Shown here one piece after another: positions 19,796-31,800 of a DNA stretch of 64,000 nt. Within the stretch, counting starts at the first letter, position 1. Every line of letters starts with the position of its first letter. The stretch is from Strigamia acuminata (Eukaryota), in assembly GCA_949358305.1 (NCBI GenBank), contig OX442314.1:5952001-6016000 (forward strand). The letters are read 5' to 3'. A program made the translations under genes and the position numbers. Below the pieces are notes generated by a model that was not told the DNA's origin, did no database searches, and saw only the letters and a list, made by a program, of their open reading frames with translations.

Positions 19796-21377
19796 TGTGA
19801 TGATTACAAATCAATAGTTGTCAATGTTCACCATAGATAGCGCTGTTTAACCAACGCGCGTATTTCAAACTCGGTTAAAAACTAAAAAGTGTGATAAATA
19901 ATTATTTAGACACGGTGAATAAAATATAACTATTTTATTCGATATAAATTAAGTATTAATTACTTGATGATGTTGATTCTATCGAATCAATGTCCACTTT
20001 ACTTACCTGTCGAAGGGAACCAATCGGACCCTTCCGGACCCCAACTGGGCCCATCTGGACATAGTCACATATTAGGTCCGGACTAGTGACCCACGAATCC
20101 GCCGATTCGTACGCTGATTGGCTGTCGCCAATCTAGTAGTTCTACAGAACTATATAAGCATCAGTTTTCCACTTCCCCAGGGCTTGGCTTGATAACTGTA
20201 AATGTCTGTAATTGAATTGTTGTTATCGTTTGATTTCACTTTCTTATCGACACATCAGGCCTCCTCAGCTCTCAATGGATATGTAGACTTACTATCTCGT
20301 TATTGCTTGTTGTAAGGCCCATCTGGGAAGGCTAACCTTGTAGACATGTTAACAACATGAAATGGCCCCGTAGTGTTAGCCAGCTGTTCTAAGGGACAGT
20401 AGGATTTCATACGGTGGCATAGTATAATGCTCATGCACGGGATTGACTAACCCGTTAAATAAATGTCAAACTATATGATCGGTGATAGTCGCATCTATCT
20501 GAGCGATTCCTCGGACGAGGGTCAGACGCTCTGCCAAGAGCGTGTGTGCGGGAGGTCCCACCCGAGCACGAAACAAACACGGACAAATGCTATTCCAGGG
20601 CGAATTGCGTATCATAGGTCCTTCCGTACTTTAGTGGTCGGTGAATGGCATATTTAAAGGCACACTACGCCGGGTTGGTAGCCCGTGAGAATTGTCCGTG
20701 AAGACATTTCGTTAAACAATTACTCAGGTATTGGTAATCCTGGAATTGGTAAATCCATAGGAATGTTTACCCGGTGGTTGGTACCACCGATAGCGATGTA
20801 AAGCGTACAAACAAATACTCGGCGCCTGATCACGAGATCTTGTCGTCGTAAGGCATGCTGGCGGATGGAGCCTCAACAACTCCCGCGACGGTCCTGTCGA
20901 CTGTCGTGACTGTCCCCGCCCCATTAATATTTATACAACAATTCATTTGTTGTATTCCACTAATCACTTTGTATTTATTTGACCTGGAATATTCTACAGA
21001 ATATTCCTTTCCATACGAAGGACTCTTCGTATTATTAGATATTCGAGCTGCGGACCAAATACGTCTCCGTAGCGATATTTGTGACGATGCCGCAAGTCAG
21101 CCGTATCCCTCTGGCTTCGCCCGGATCCTCAACCAGTTGATGCCGCCCGTTTACACGCGTCAAGAACCCATTTACTGTTATCATTAATATTTAGTAATAA
21201 ATATGTTAAGTCACACTAAAACTGTAAGTTATTTCTATTCGATCACATATTCATGTTTGTAAAGGCTTCCGTAGCTTATCTCGGTTAGGTTGTTGCTAAA
21301 CTTAGCAACGTCTTGTATAAACCGAATTATCTATCTTAAAAGGACTAATAAATTGGCCCAAAAGTAGAATCGTCACA
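19796..21377 (+). repeat. 3' LTR of B
   Basis: Direct repeat of 7337-8918 at offset 12459. Confidence 0.97.
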
Positions 21378-22045
21378 AGTTTCCCTCGGAAAAGTAAAAG
21401 ATTTTATCCAATCTTCTCTTTTCGGAAATGTTAAACAGTGTTTCAAGTTTCCAACGATATTTGGGTCTCCCAAATTTTGAGAATTTCTAAATGAAATTTA
21501 ACTGTTTGAAAAACAACAAATGTTTTAGTTATCTAATCGGATATTTTCCCAAGTGATTTCTTAAACCAGGAATAACAAATTCATTTGTGGCTACGAACTT
21601 TGCCACATGAAATATTTACGGATCGAATATTTCTTGACTGGATTGAAGCTTTAAAAATCAGATAGCTGATTTAAACGAAGAAAATAAGTTTCAACGTGTT
21701 TATTTTCTTTCTGAAAGATCAAATAAACCACCGCTGATGAAAAGTTGCATTTTTCCATTCGAAAAACTAAGAATTACAAGAAAGTTTATTTTCTATTTGA
21801 ACATAGATTTTATTCGGAAAAAGGAAAGATTCAAGATGCATTATTTTTCTCTAAAAATTAAGAATGTGGTCAAATTTCCTAAAAAGCTAGTGGAATGTGA
21901 TCATACATATACTTTCAGATCTCGGGATCTCGGGATCTCGGTCTCGGCAATCTCGGGCTTTTTTTTGGGGGAAATCTCGGTCTCGTTAAACCGAGATTTC
22001 GTCCCGAGATACGTACGAGATACGTACAAAAGTTCAAAACCAATC

Positions 22046-22172
22046 AAAACGGTTTTGATTGGTTTTGAACGGGGCAAAACGGTTTTGATTGGTTTTGAAC
22101 GAGGCAAAACGGTTTTGATTGGTTTTGAACGGGGCAAAACGGTTTTGATTGGTTTTGAACGGGCCAAAACGG
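22046..22172. repeat. 30-bp tandem repeat, ~4 copies
   Basis: AAAACGGTTTTGATTGGTTTTGAACGGGGC repeated. Confidence 0.95.
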
Positions 22173-22194
22173 CATTGTTACGTTTTTAGCACTA

Positions 22195-22394
22195 TTTTCG
22201 CCCGCATTTGTTCCATCTAATGCGGCAGAAGCTCGGCTGCAGTTGTACGATCAAATGCAGCCGATTTTCGCCCGCATTTGTTCCATCTAATGCGGCCGAC
22301 GCTCGGCTGCAGTTGTACGATCAAATGCAGCCGATTTTCGGCCGCATTTGTTCCGTCTAATGCGGCCGAAGCTCGACTGCAATTGTACGATCAA
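22195..22394. repeat. 70-bp tandem repeat (dimer of palindromic 35-bp units), ~3 copies
   Basis: (C/G)CCGCATTTG recurs at 22201, 22271 and 22341. Confidence 0.9.
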
Positions 22395-22779
22395 AAAAGA
22401 TTAAAATCGTAGTAAAAACAATAGAATATAAACAAAACCGTGCTAAAAAACATCAAAAATAATTTAAAACGTCCTAAGAAATGTCGAAAATTGATTAAAA
22501 TCGCGTAAAAATGTGTTTTTGATCAATTTTGAACTTTTTGGATAAAATCTCGTTTTTGATCTCGGTCTCGTACGAGATCTCGTCTCGGGACGAGTACATC
22601 TCGTCTCGGAAATACGAGATTTTGAAATGACCGAGAATCTGAAAGTATAGATCATACATTTTGTTCATAATTTACGTGTCAAAGTTTAAACAAAAAACGA
22701 TGGCAATATGTTTTATTTGCGATAAGTAAAAGGAAAAGTTCTTTTAAAAAATGGAATTTCAATGCAAATCCAACCTTAA

Positions 22780-23412
22780 CACTAGAACGGCCAGACCGGT
22801 CATTTTGACCGGAACAGCTGTTTAAAACAACAGCATCGTAAACCCAATGGGTTTACGATGCTGTTAATTTGTGACTTTAGATGATTTATGATGCTTTATA
22901 TCATAAATCATCGAAAATTGCATTTTTCCTAAGAAATAATGAAAAAAAAGTCAATTGACCTAGAACGGCCAAAACCGGTCGAAATGACCGGTTGAAATTA
23001 CCTGAACAATACGTGCACCAAACTGCACTAAACGTGCACCAAACGTGCACAATATGTGCACAATAAATGCATACGACGTTTTGGCATCAAACTGATTAAA
23101 GTAACACGCGAAACATGCGAAGAAAATAGCAAAACAAAAATTGATGGTTTTTATAAAATCTGATAAAATTAAAAACGGAAATTTAATTTTATCAGGTTTT
23201 ATAATAACCATCAATTTTTGTTTTGGTATTTTCTTCGCATATTTCGCGTGTTATTGAATCGATTTGATGCCAAAACGTTGTATGCACGTATTGTGCACGT
23301 ATTGTGAAAGTATTTTGCACATTTGGTGCACGTACTGTTCACGTTATTGCAACCGGTCATTTTAACCGGTTTCGGCCGTTCTAGGTAGGCCGAAATTCCG
23401 GCCGTTCTAGTG
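22780..23412. mobile_element. piggyBac-type MITE
   Basis: TTAA at 22776-22779 and 23413-23416. TIR CACTAGAACGGCC. Long internal inverted repeat at ~22960-23385. Confidence 0.85.
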
Positions 23413-23802
23413 TTAAAGGGAATGTTACGTTGTGTAGAATCAAGTAACAAAATCTGAGATAAATTCAGTTTATTTCGTTCAAAAATAATAGTGAAAAATC
23501 TGTTACAAATATTTTCAAGAAAAATAATTTTATCCGAAAAAAGTGATTTACATGTCCTCGTGCCGACCGAGTAGTAAACTGCTTAAATTGTGACATCGAT
23601 ACTATTATTGTGTCACGTGTTATTCGAAATTCCAAGCAAGTGAATTACGAATTTTTGGTGCAATAGGAATAGAAGTTTGATAGTGAAGTTCTCCAGATTT
23701 GTCTTTTCATTTTGAAAAGTTGAATTGAGGAAATGCTGCAACAGATGAAGGTATTTACGAAAATTGCGATCTGAATATTCTTTCATTCAAAAGATAAAAA
23801 TT

Positions 23803-25545
23803 TGTGACGATTCTACTTTTGGGCTAATTTATTAGTCCTTTTAAGATAGATAATTCGGTTTATACAAGACGTTGCTAAGTTTAGCAACAACCTAACCGAG
23901 ATAAGCTACGGAAGCCCTTACAAACATGAATATGTGATCAAGTGGAAATAACTTACAGTTTTGGTGTGACATAACATATTTATTACTAAATATTAACAAC
24001 AAAATATGGGTTCTTGACGCGTGTAAACGGGCGGCATCAACTGGTTGAGGATCCGGGCGAAGCCAGAGGGATACGGCTGACTTGCGGCATCGTCACAAAT
24101 ATCGCTACGGAGACGTATTTGGTCCGCAGCTCGAGTATCTAAAAATGCGAAGAGTCCTTCGCATAAGTAGGATTATTCAGCAGAATATTCCATATTCCAA
24201 ATGAATAAAAGTAAAGTAATTAGTGGAATACAACAAATGAATTGTTGTATAAATATTAATTGGGCGGGGACCGTCACGACAATTGAGAGAACGTCGCGGG
24301 AGTTGTTGAGACTCCATCCGCCAGCATGCCTTACGACGACAAGATCTCGTGATCAGGCGCCGAGTATTTAATTGTGTGCTTTAACTCGCTATCGGTGGTA
24401 CCAACCACCAGGTAAACATTTCTATGGACTTACCGGGTTTAGAAGATATTGCCAATACAGGATTACCAATGCCCGAGTAATTTATTTAACACAGTGTTGT
24501 TCAACTCCTGTTCACGGGTTACTAACCCGGAGGGTACGATGGGGCGGGGACCGTCACGACGGTCGAGAGAACCATCGCGGGAGGATTTGACTCCTCCATC
24601 CGCCAGCATGCCTTACGATGGCGGGATCCAACGATCGAGCACCGGGTAAAATATTAATTGGCCACTGCCATTGGATTACCATTATCCAGGTAGTTGTTTT
24701 ATCGCAACATCTTTAGATATTACTCACGGGCTACCAACCCGGCGTGTTACCTGTATATTAGGCTTTTACCGACTTTTAACGTGCGGAAGGACCAATCGAG
24801 AAAAGACGGGAACCTGCGAGGGCTGTTTACAACAACCACCCTGCAGCGGACTGAGGCCAGTTAGCTGAGGGACCTACTTTCATTTAGCAAGGTCGTACTG
24901 TATACGACCGTTATATTAAGCCACCGTACGAAGTCCTACTGTCCCGTAGAACAGCTGGCTAACGTTACGGGGCCATTTCATGCGAATGCATGTCTATTAC
25001 CGGAGTTAGCTTTCCCGAAATAGCCCTACAACAGCAATAACAAAATAGTAATGAATACTAACTGTGGAGAGCTGAGGTGGCCTGATGTGTCGATAGAGAA
25101 TAATGAAATCAAACGATAACAATTCAACTACAGACAATATACAAGTTCAGTTATCAAGCCAAGGGGGAAGTGAGAAACTGGAGCTTATATAGTTCTGTAG
25201 AACTACTAGATTGGCGACAGCCAATCAGCGTACGAATCGGCGGATTCGTGGGTCACTAGTCCGGACCTAATATATGACTATGTCCAGATGGGCCCAGTTG
25301 GGGTCCGGAAGGGTCCGATTGGTTCCCTTCGACTGGTAAGTAAAGTGGATATTGATTCGATAGAATCAACATCATCAAGTAATTAATACTTAATTCATAT
25401 TGAATAAAATAGTTATATTTTATTCACCGTGTCCAAGTAATAATTTATTACGCTTTTTAGTTTTAACCGAGTTTGAAATACGCGCGTTGGTTAAACAGCG
25501 CCATCTATGGTGAACATTGATAACTATCGATTTGTAATCATCACA
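23803..25545 (-). repeat. 3' LTR of C
   Basis: Direct repeat of 36442-38184 at offset 12639. Confidence 0.97.
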
Positions 25546-26282
25546 CATCCCCCGGTGACAAGCATAGAGTTTACTAACTCTCGATTGTCATTCTTAATGG
25601 ATAAGAATGTTCACCTAATTCTATCGAATTAATCCACTTGGTAAGTATTTTATTAAACTTAATCATGTTATTTCTTTCAGAAACTTCATCACCCGATTAG
25701 ACTAATCGGCTTCCCTGTACTGCGCAACTCCCGGTTGCTAAGCGACGGAAATGAACTCGTCCGAACATGGATACATGTTCGAGAAAACTAATTTCGATAG
25801 AAATTTTATTTCTCCGTCAAATAAACTTATTCATAGTTTATTAATCAACAAGATAGTCAATAAAAATAAATTTATGCAAAACTTTATTTATCGAAAATCT
25901 AAACTACTAATTCTTTATTACGAATGTCATAAAAAAAATTAACGAATTTCAACTTGAAATTCTTAATCGCTTCGATCAAAGCAAAATAAACACAAAGTTT
26001 CCACAAATAATTATGAAATTGCAAATAAACATATATTAATATGATTAGTTCAAAATAACAACCAAATTGAATTCGGAAAACAAAACAAATTAAATTGAAT
26101 TCAATTTTAAATCAAACTATATTCTTATGAATATTTAAATAATTAGTTCAAGATCTTGAAACCAAACAAACACAACACTCATGAGAATATTTCTTAATTG
26201 CAAAAACACAACAAAACACTTGGATTATTTTTAGTCAAAAATATCCACTCGGAAAATAACGAATGTTAGTTTTTTTTTCCTT

Positions 26283-27800
26283 TTAATCCTTCTTTTCGAC
26301 GTCAGTCGAAACTTTCTCATCCTTTTTCTCGACTTCAGCAGAAGTCAGAAAATCAGACTCTTCAGTCGCCTCTGTCGAGACGGCGGAAAACACAGCTTCT
26401 TCCGGCGCTTCGATTTCATCCGGACTCGGAGGCGGAAACGGCATGTCGTCGAGAAGCTCAGCCACGAAATCAACGACTGAAAGCAGCTCTTCAGCGTCCT
26501 CGAACTGTGCGTCGTCCGAAGTCTCAGACTTAGACGCTAGAGGGGCGCTAGACACGTCGGTTACGGCCGCTGGAGGATCCTCCACGGGTTTAGACGACGT
26601 TTCAACAGCCTGTTGAAGCTTACGAGCTCGCCCTCGTGCCAAGATGTTGGTGCGTTGAACTTTGGCAATTTCTCTCGCTCGGTCGAGCGTCAGACAGCCT
26701 CGTCCTCACGACATCGTTCTCGGTCGAACGATTTCCTCTACGACCTCGCTTCCGGCGCTCTCGACGGCCTGGACAGTTTCAGTTGAAACTTCGGAGTCTT
26801 CAGACGGCGGCGGCGACTGTCGAAGGAGTTCGACTCTTACGCCGGCGTTGGCTTCAGCGCGGGCCCAGGTGAGGAAGCGCGGGTCGATGTAAACCGCTTC
26901 GCCGCGACTATTCAGGAAAAGTCGGCACTTTGGGCAGTGAGCCCAACATCGCTTCTCGTTAGGCTTAATGCCTTTCACCACGTGGGGCTGAACCTCCTTG
27001 TGCCACGGCTCCGAACGCGGTCGCGTTTTCCTTCCTCGACAGTTGGGACATCTCATTAATGAGGAACCTGCGGATGCACCGCAGCACCACCCACAACCGA
27101 CGCAAAAGGGGCAGATCGTCTCAGTTGCCTGGTCCGTTACGATGTTATCGTGCGGAATTCCTGCAGCCATGTCACGTTCGCATTGTTCTTTGCGCAGGCG
27201 GGCCTTCTCGTCCTTCTTTCTGGCCTTGTTGGCCGCTCGGTACTCGCGGTTGCGAGAAACAGGCTCCGAATAACGCAAAGCGCCCGGCGGCGGCTCATTC
27301 CATCCGTATTCTGATGCAGAAGACTCAGCACCAGCAGGAAGATGCGTAACAGACGCTGATTGTCCCGTCACAGTCGGTGCCGCCGCATTCGACGTGTTGG
27401 CGACGGTGGGCGCCACGCTTGCAGTTGGCGGCCGAAATTCGAGTGAATGCGGGGCCAACGGGACGTTGATAACGTTCGCGGGCGGATATGCCACCTGGGC
27501 CAGCGGGGCCATTTGCGCCGACTCATAAATAGTTGGTTGCGCAGAAGTGGACGGGGCCTGCATCATCGCATTTAAGTCGAGCGAAAGTCCGTCCGGATGG
27601 ACGCTCAGCCAATTAAGCGTTGCGAGTTGCAACGGCGTCAGGGCGTACATCGAGGCGGGCGCCGTCGGTATCGGTTGGGCCCTCATATAAGCGCGCTCGG
27701 CCGAACGACGTTGCTCGTCACTAGACGAGGTGGACGAGCTGGAGCTTTCGTGACGATGACGTCGATGACTCCGTTTCGAACGGTGTTTACCACTTCCCAT
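26283..27800 (-). pseudogene. ORF3 of C, interrupted by an in-frame TGA at 26706-26708
   Basis: ORFs 26706-27812 and 26283-26642 share a frame and together match ORF3 of B, which has Arg at the stop position. Confidence 0.85.
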
Positions 27801-28854
27801 CTGCAGACGCAAATAAATTATTTTATTAAAAATAATTCCACTCTAAATAGTCATTCCTTGAGTCCAAGGAATTTAAACGTATTGTTCGCAACGAAAAATA
27901 CACAACTCGAGTTATTTATAACCCTCAACATGTGACACTAATGAGTCACATTCCCCTTGTGTTTATGACACGAGAATGGACTCGCCGGCAAAGATTTTCA
28001 TCGAAAATCGCAACTTGTTGATTTTTCAAAAGAAAAATTCTTTTAGTTTCTTTAAACTATTCAATCCAACTTTTCGAATATCAAAGATAACTTTCGTATT
28101 AATTAATTAACACTTAGTCTAATAAATATCTCAAATCGAAAATTCACCGCTAAATAATTTATGCAAGCCTCGACCGCGACTTGATTTAAATAATTAGTGC
28201 CTACATACTTAAAACTTAATAATTCATTATTAATTTTAACCCAACTATTCGACTGAATAGCTAAACTTCCAGAGTGATTTAATGCCGATTCACGCTTATA
28301 ACAGCACGTGAATTTATAACCTTTATCGGGACGCCGATATTTTACCAATTGTTGCAAACAATTCTTTTAAATTCTTTGGTCAAAGAATATTATTGAAAAC
28401 TACTTACGGTTGAAGCTAGTTTTCCTGTTTGAGTCGACTAAATGAATTAGTGTTGAAATTCTCAAGTCGAAAGAATGAAGACGGGTCGAAGGAACGAAGT
28501 CACTAGTATCCGTGTGTATTACGAAGTGTTTGTGTGCAATGAACCCTGGGAATTTTATTCCCTATTAATTGTCGGGTTCGAGGTTTAATCACACCTCGTA
28601 AGTCTCGTACCTTCGTAATTACGCGAGATTATCACTTTTCAAAGTAATTCTCTGTATTTTGGTTAAAATACATGTAAATACGACCAAAAAATTAAAATAT
28701 TCTACCGAATATTTAATTCATCGCAACAAATTCATATTTTAATATAAATTTCGATAAATATCGTAATATCTTGTCCCCCGGTGTTGAGATTATAAATCAC
28801 TACACCTGTCAGACATGTAAATAATTACAGTCTTCAAGTTTTGAATAAAACTTA

Positions 28855-31800
28855 TCAATTCCAACAAAACTTTGAGGCTTTTCCTCGTTGTTGGTATGGT
28901 TTTTTAAATACTGCAGTGATGTTTCGCACGAAATTTTCATCTGCATATTTAGGATTTGGTTTTCGTTCTCGTCGTGGACGAGTGCTAGTTCGTGGAACTA
29001 TCGGTTGGGGTTTGCGGGGTTTTCGAGGTGGTTTCTTTGGAGTTTCACCTCTTTTCAATGCCGCTTTCTTTTCTATAGCAGTTAATCGTTGTCTATGTCT
29101 ATGTTTAGACTTAATGGGCGCAGATTTGTCAATTTGCACCGAAGTTGAGTCGGATAATTCCATTGGAATTTCTGAAGAAGTTTCAGGAATTAATTCCATT
29201 TCTTCAGCATCCGGAAGTTGGTTACTTTCATCCATCCATTTAGGATTTTCTTGAGGCGAGTAAGAGGCGGACTTTTGTCCTACTTTCCAAGTCTCAATCG
29301 GGTACGACGGAGTATAGGGATACAACGCTTTAATATTTACTGATTTTTCAATCGAACCATCAGCTAATTTGCGTAATTTATACGCTCCGCCTGGAAGTAC
29401 TTTAGTAATTTCCCACGGTCCATCTCTCTTCTCGGCAAATCCAGCGGAGATATTTTTATCTGCGCACGAGAGAATGTGAGTCTGTTTCCAAACTAAATCT
29501 CCAACTTCGAACTCCGTAATTACGAACTTTTGTTCGTGTATTTTCCTATGTCGTTCAAAATTCAATTGAATTCTGCGATGCATCTCTTGATGCGATCTGC
29601 GCAATACATCCAATAGTACTCTGACATATTTTTCTGGATTTTCTTTGTCAAATGGATTGGCATGTTTGATAATCCTTGGGTCGAAAGGTAATGTTACGAT
29701 TCGTCCCGTGTTCAGTAGCATCGGGCTTGAGCCTGTTGCCGCTGAGACATTATTTCTCATCGCGAACGCGAATTCATCTAAATATCGTGGCCATTGCGTG
29801 TGCACGTCTGTGTACAGGGCCAGCATCGTCTTTATATCTCTATTGGCTCGCTCTGTCGGGTTCGCCTGGGCATGATACGTGCTCGTATGAGACGGGCGAA
29901 TGTTGTACATATCGCAATACTCATTGTAAATATCGGAAACAAATTGTTTTCCGTTATCACTCACAATCTTTTTGGGGTGTCCCCATCTGTTTGTAACAGA
30001 TCTTAATTCTTGAACGCAGTTAGCGCTCGTGGCTTTTGTCAAAGCCTTAATTTCAACGAACTTGGTACAATTGTCAATAATGACAAAAATATACTGGTTT
30101 TGGGACCTTCCCGCGGGTTTTGGGCCCATCAAGTCCATGTTAATACATTCCCAAGGATTGGTCATGTTGTGGGGTGTGTAAGGAGCTGCGTGCCTTTTCT
30201 GTTGAATAGGTTTGTACTGAGCACAGTGCGTGCAGCTTTTGACGTAGTTCCTGACACTTCTACTCATACCAGGCCAGAAATATATTAAACGCGTTTTCTC
30301 AAGCGTCTTACTCATCCCAGCGTGACCGCTTAGGGGGTGGCCATGACAAGCGAAGAGTACTCGTTTTACGAGTGAACTGGGTACAACGGCTTTAAAGCCG
30401 TTTCCCGAATCGTTTAATTCCTCTTCGAATGAAGGGTTAAAATAGATGATCATTTGATCACCATCAACTTCTTTTTTGTCTAAACAATAGTTTTTGACTT
30501 TGTTTTTCCATTCTTTTATTTCAGATTGTGGTATCCCAACAACCTTGTCATTTAATAAATATTCCCGAATGCGTTTGCATTCAGTATCTAGTAACTGAGC
30601 ATCTATTATTTCTCTCCTTGTAGGAGGGACTTCTTTAAGTACTTCAGTCAATGCACTGTACAAGGTTTCTTGTACTTCCTCCCCCTCCTTTTCTTCAGAA
30701 CATTCTTTAGAATTTTCTGAAAAATAGGAACGCACACTAGCCAAATATTCTCGTTTTTCTGGGGCACGATTTAATGAAACAGAAGGATTTCCGTCCCATT
30801 CAGGCCAGTATTGTTTAATTTCAACGGGTTCCACATGATCACGAAGAGGAATGTCTTCCTCTGTTAGTGGGGCTCTAGAAAGTGCGTCTGCAACTTGGTT
30901 AGCAGCACCTTTTCGAAAAACAATTTTAAAATTTCCACATTGGATTCTTAAGGCCCAACGGCCAAATTTCCCAGATGGTTCAGGCGTTCGCATCAACCAT
31001 TTCAGTGCTTCTGCATCTGACTCTAAAGTGAATGTACCATATTCGAGATATGGTTTAAATCGATCAATAGCCCACACAACTGCGAGACATTCGAGTTCCG
31101 GCGTTGTATAACGCTTCTCCGCTCCACGTAACACTCTGCTTGCATAAGCTACAGGTCTGGGTACAGAAATGTTTTTCTGCTTCTTTTCATCGAATATATC
31201 GACATCTTGGCAAAGGACAGCTCCTAAGCCTTCATGTGAAGCGTCAGTCATGACAACAAATGGCAAAGTCATATCTGGTTTGTGTAGACAATTGTCACCA
31301 CAAAGTAGCTCTTTAATTTTATTAAAAGCTTCTGTCTGCTCATCTCCCCATTCAAATGGAGTTTTCTCATTCATCATACGTGTGTATGGTGCGGCAATAG
31401 TTCCGTGATTTGGAACAAACTTCCTGAAGAAGTTAGTCATGCCGTGAAAGCGCTGAATGTCTTTAGCACACGTGGGGGTGGGAAATTTCATGATCGCCGA
31501 TATTTTATCGGGATCACCGAAGAGACCTTCGGGTTTAATCCAGTGGCCCAAGAATTTTAATTCTGTACGCCCAAAACGAGATTTCGCTTTATTTATTGTC
31601 ATGTTGGCTTGGTTAAGCCTTTCCAAAACATCTCGAACATGTTTGAGATGATCATCCCAATTATCTGAATACACAATTACGTCATCCAAATAAACTAACG
31701 CGTAGTCTTGTAAAGCTGAACCTAAAATGCCTTCCATCAGACGTTGGAAAGTACAAGGCGCATTGCAAAGGCCGAATGGCATTCGCACACATTGATAAGG

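Larger units (their letters stand above)
7337..21377 (+). mobile_element. Element B: full-length, apparently intact Ty3/Gypsy retrotransposon (gag, pol, ORF3) nested in A
   Basis: 1582-bp LTRs with ~2 differences seen. TSD AGTT at 7333-7336 and 21378-21381. PBS, PPT and open ORFs present. Confidence 0.97.
21908..22649. mobile_element. MITE with 9-bp TSD (Mutator-like by TSD length) carrying internal minisatellites
   Basis: TIR TATACTTTCAGAT(T)CTCGG. TSD GATCATACA at 21899-21907 and 22650-22658. Confidence 0.8.

Noticed and set aside
21737..22189. 150-aa ORF with KTVLIGFERG repeats
   Set aside because: It crosses a MITE boundary and is the translation of a 30-bp minisatellite.
22046..22394. 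Palindromic 30-35-bp repeats as a CRISPR array (also 56520-56660)
   Set aside because: Units are directly adjacent with no unique spacers, there are no cas genes, and the context is eukaryotic.
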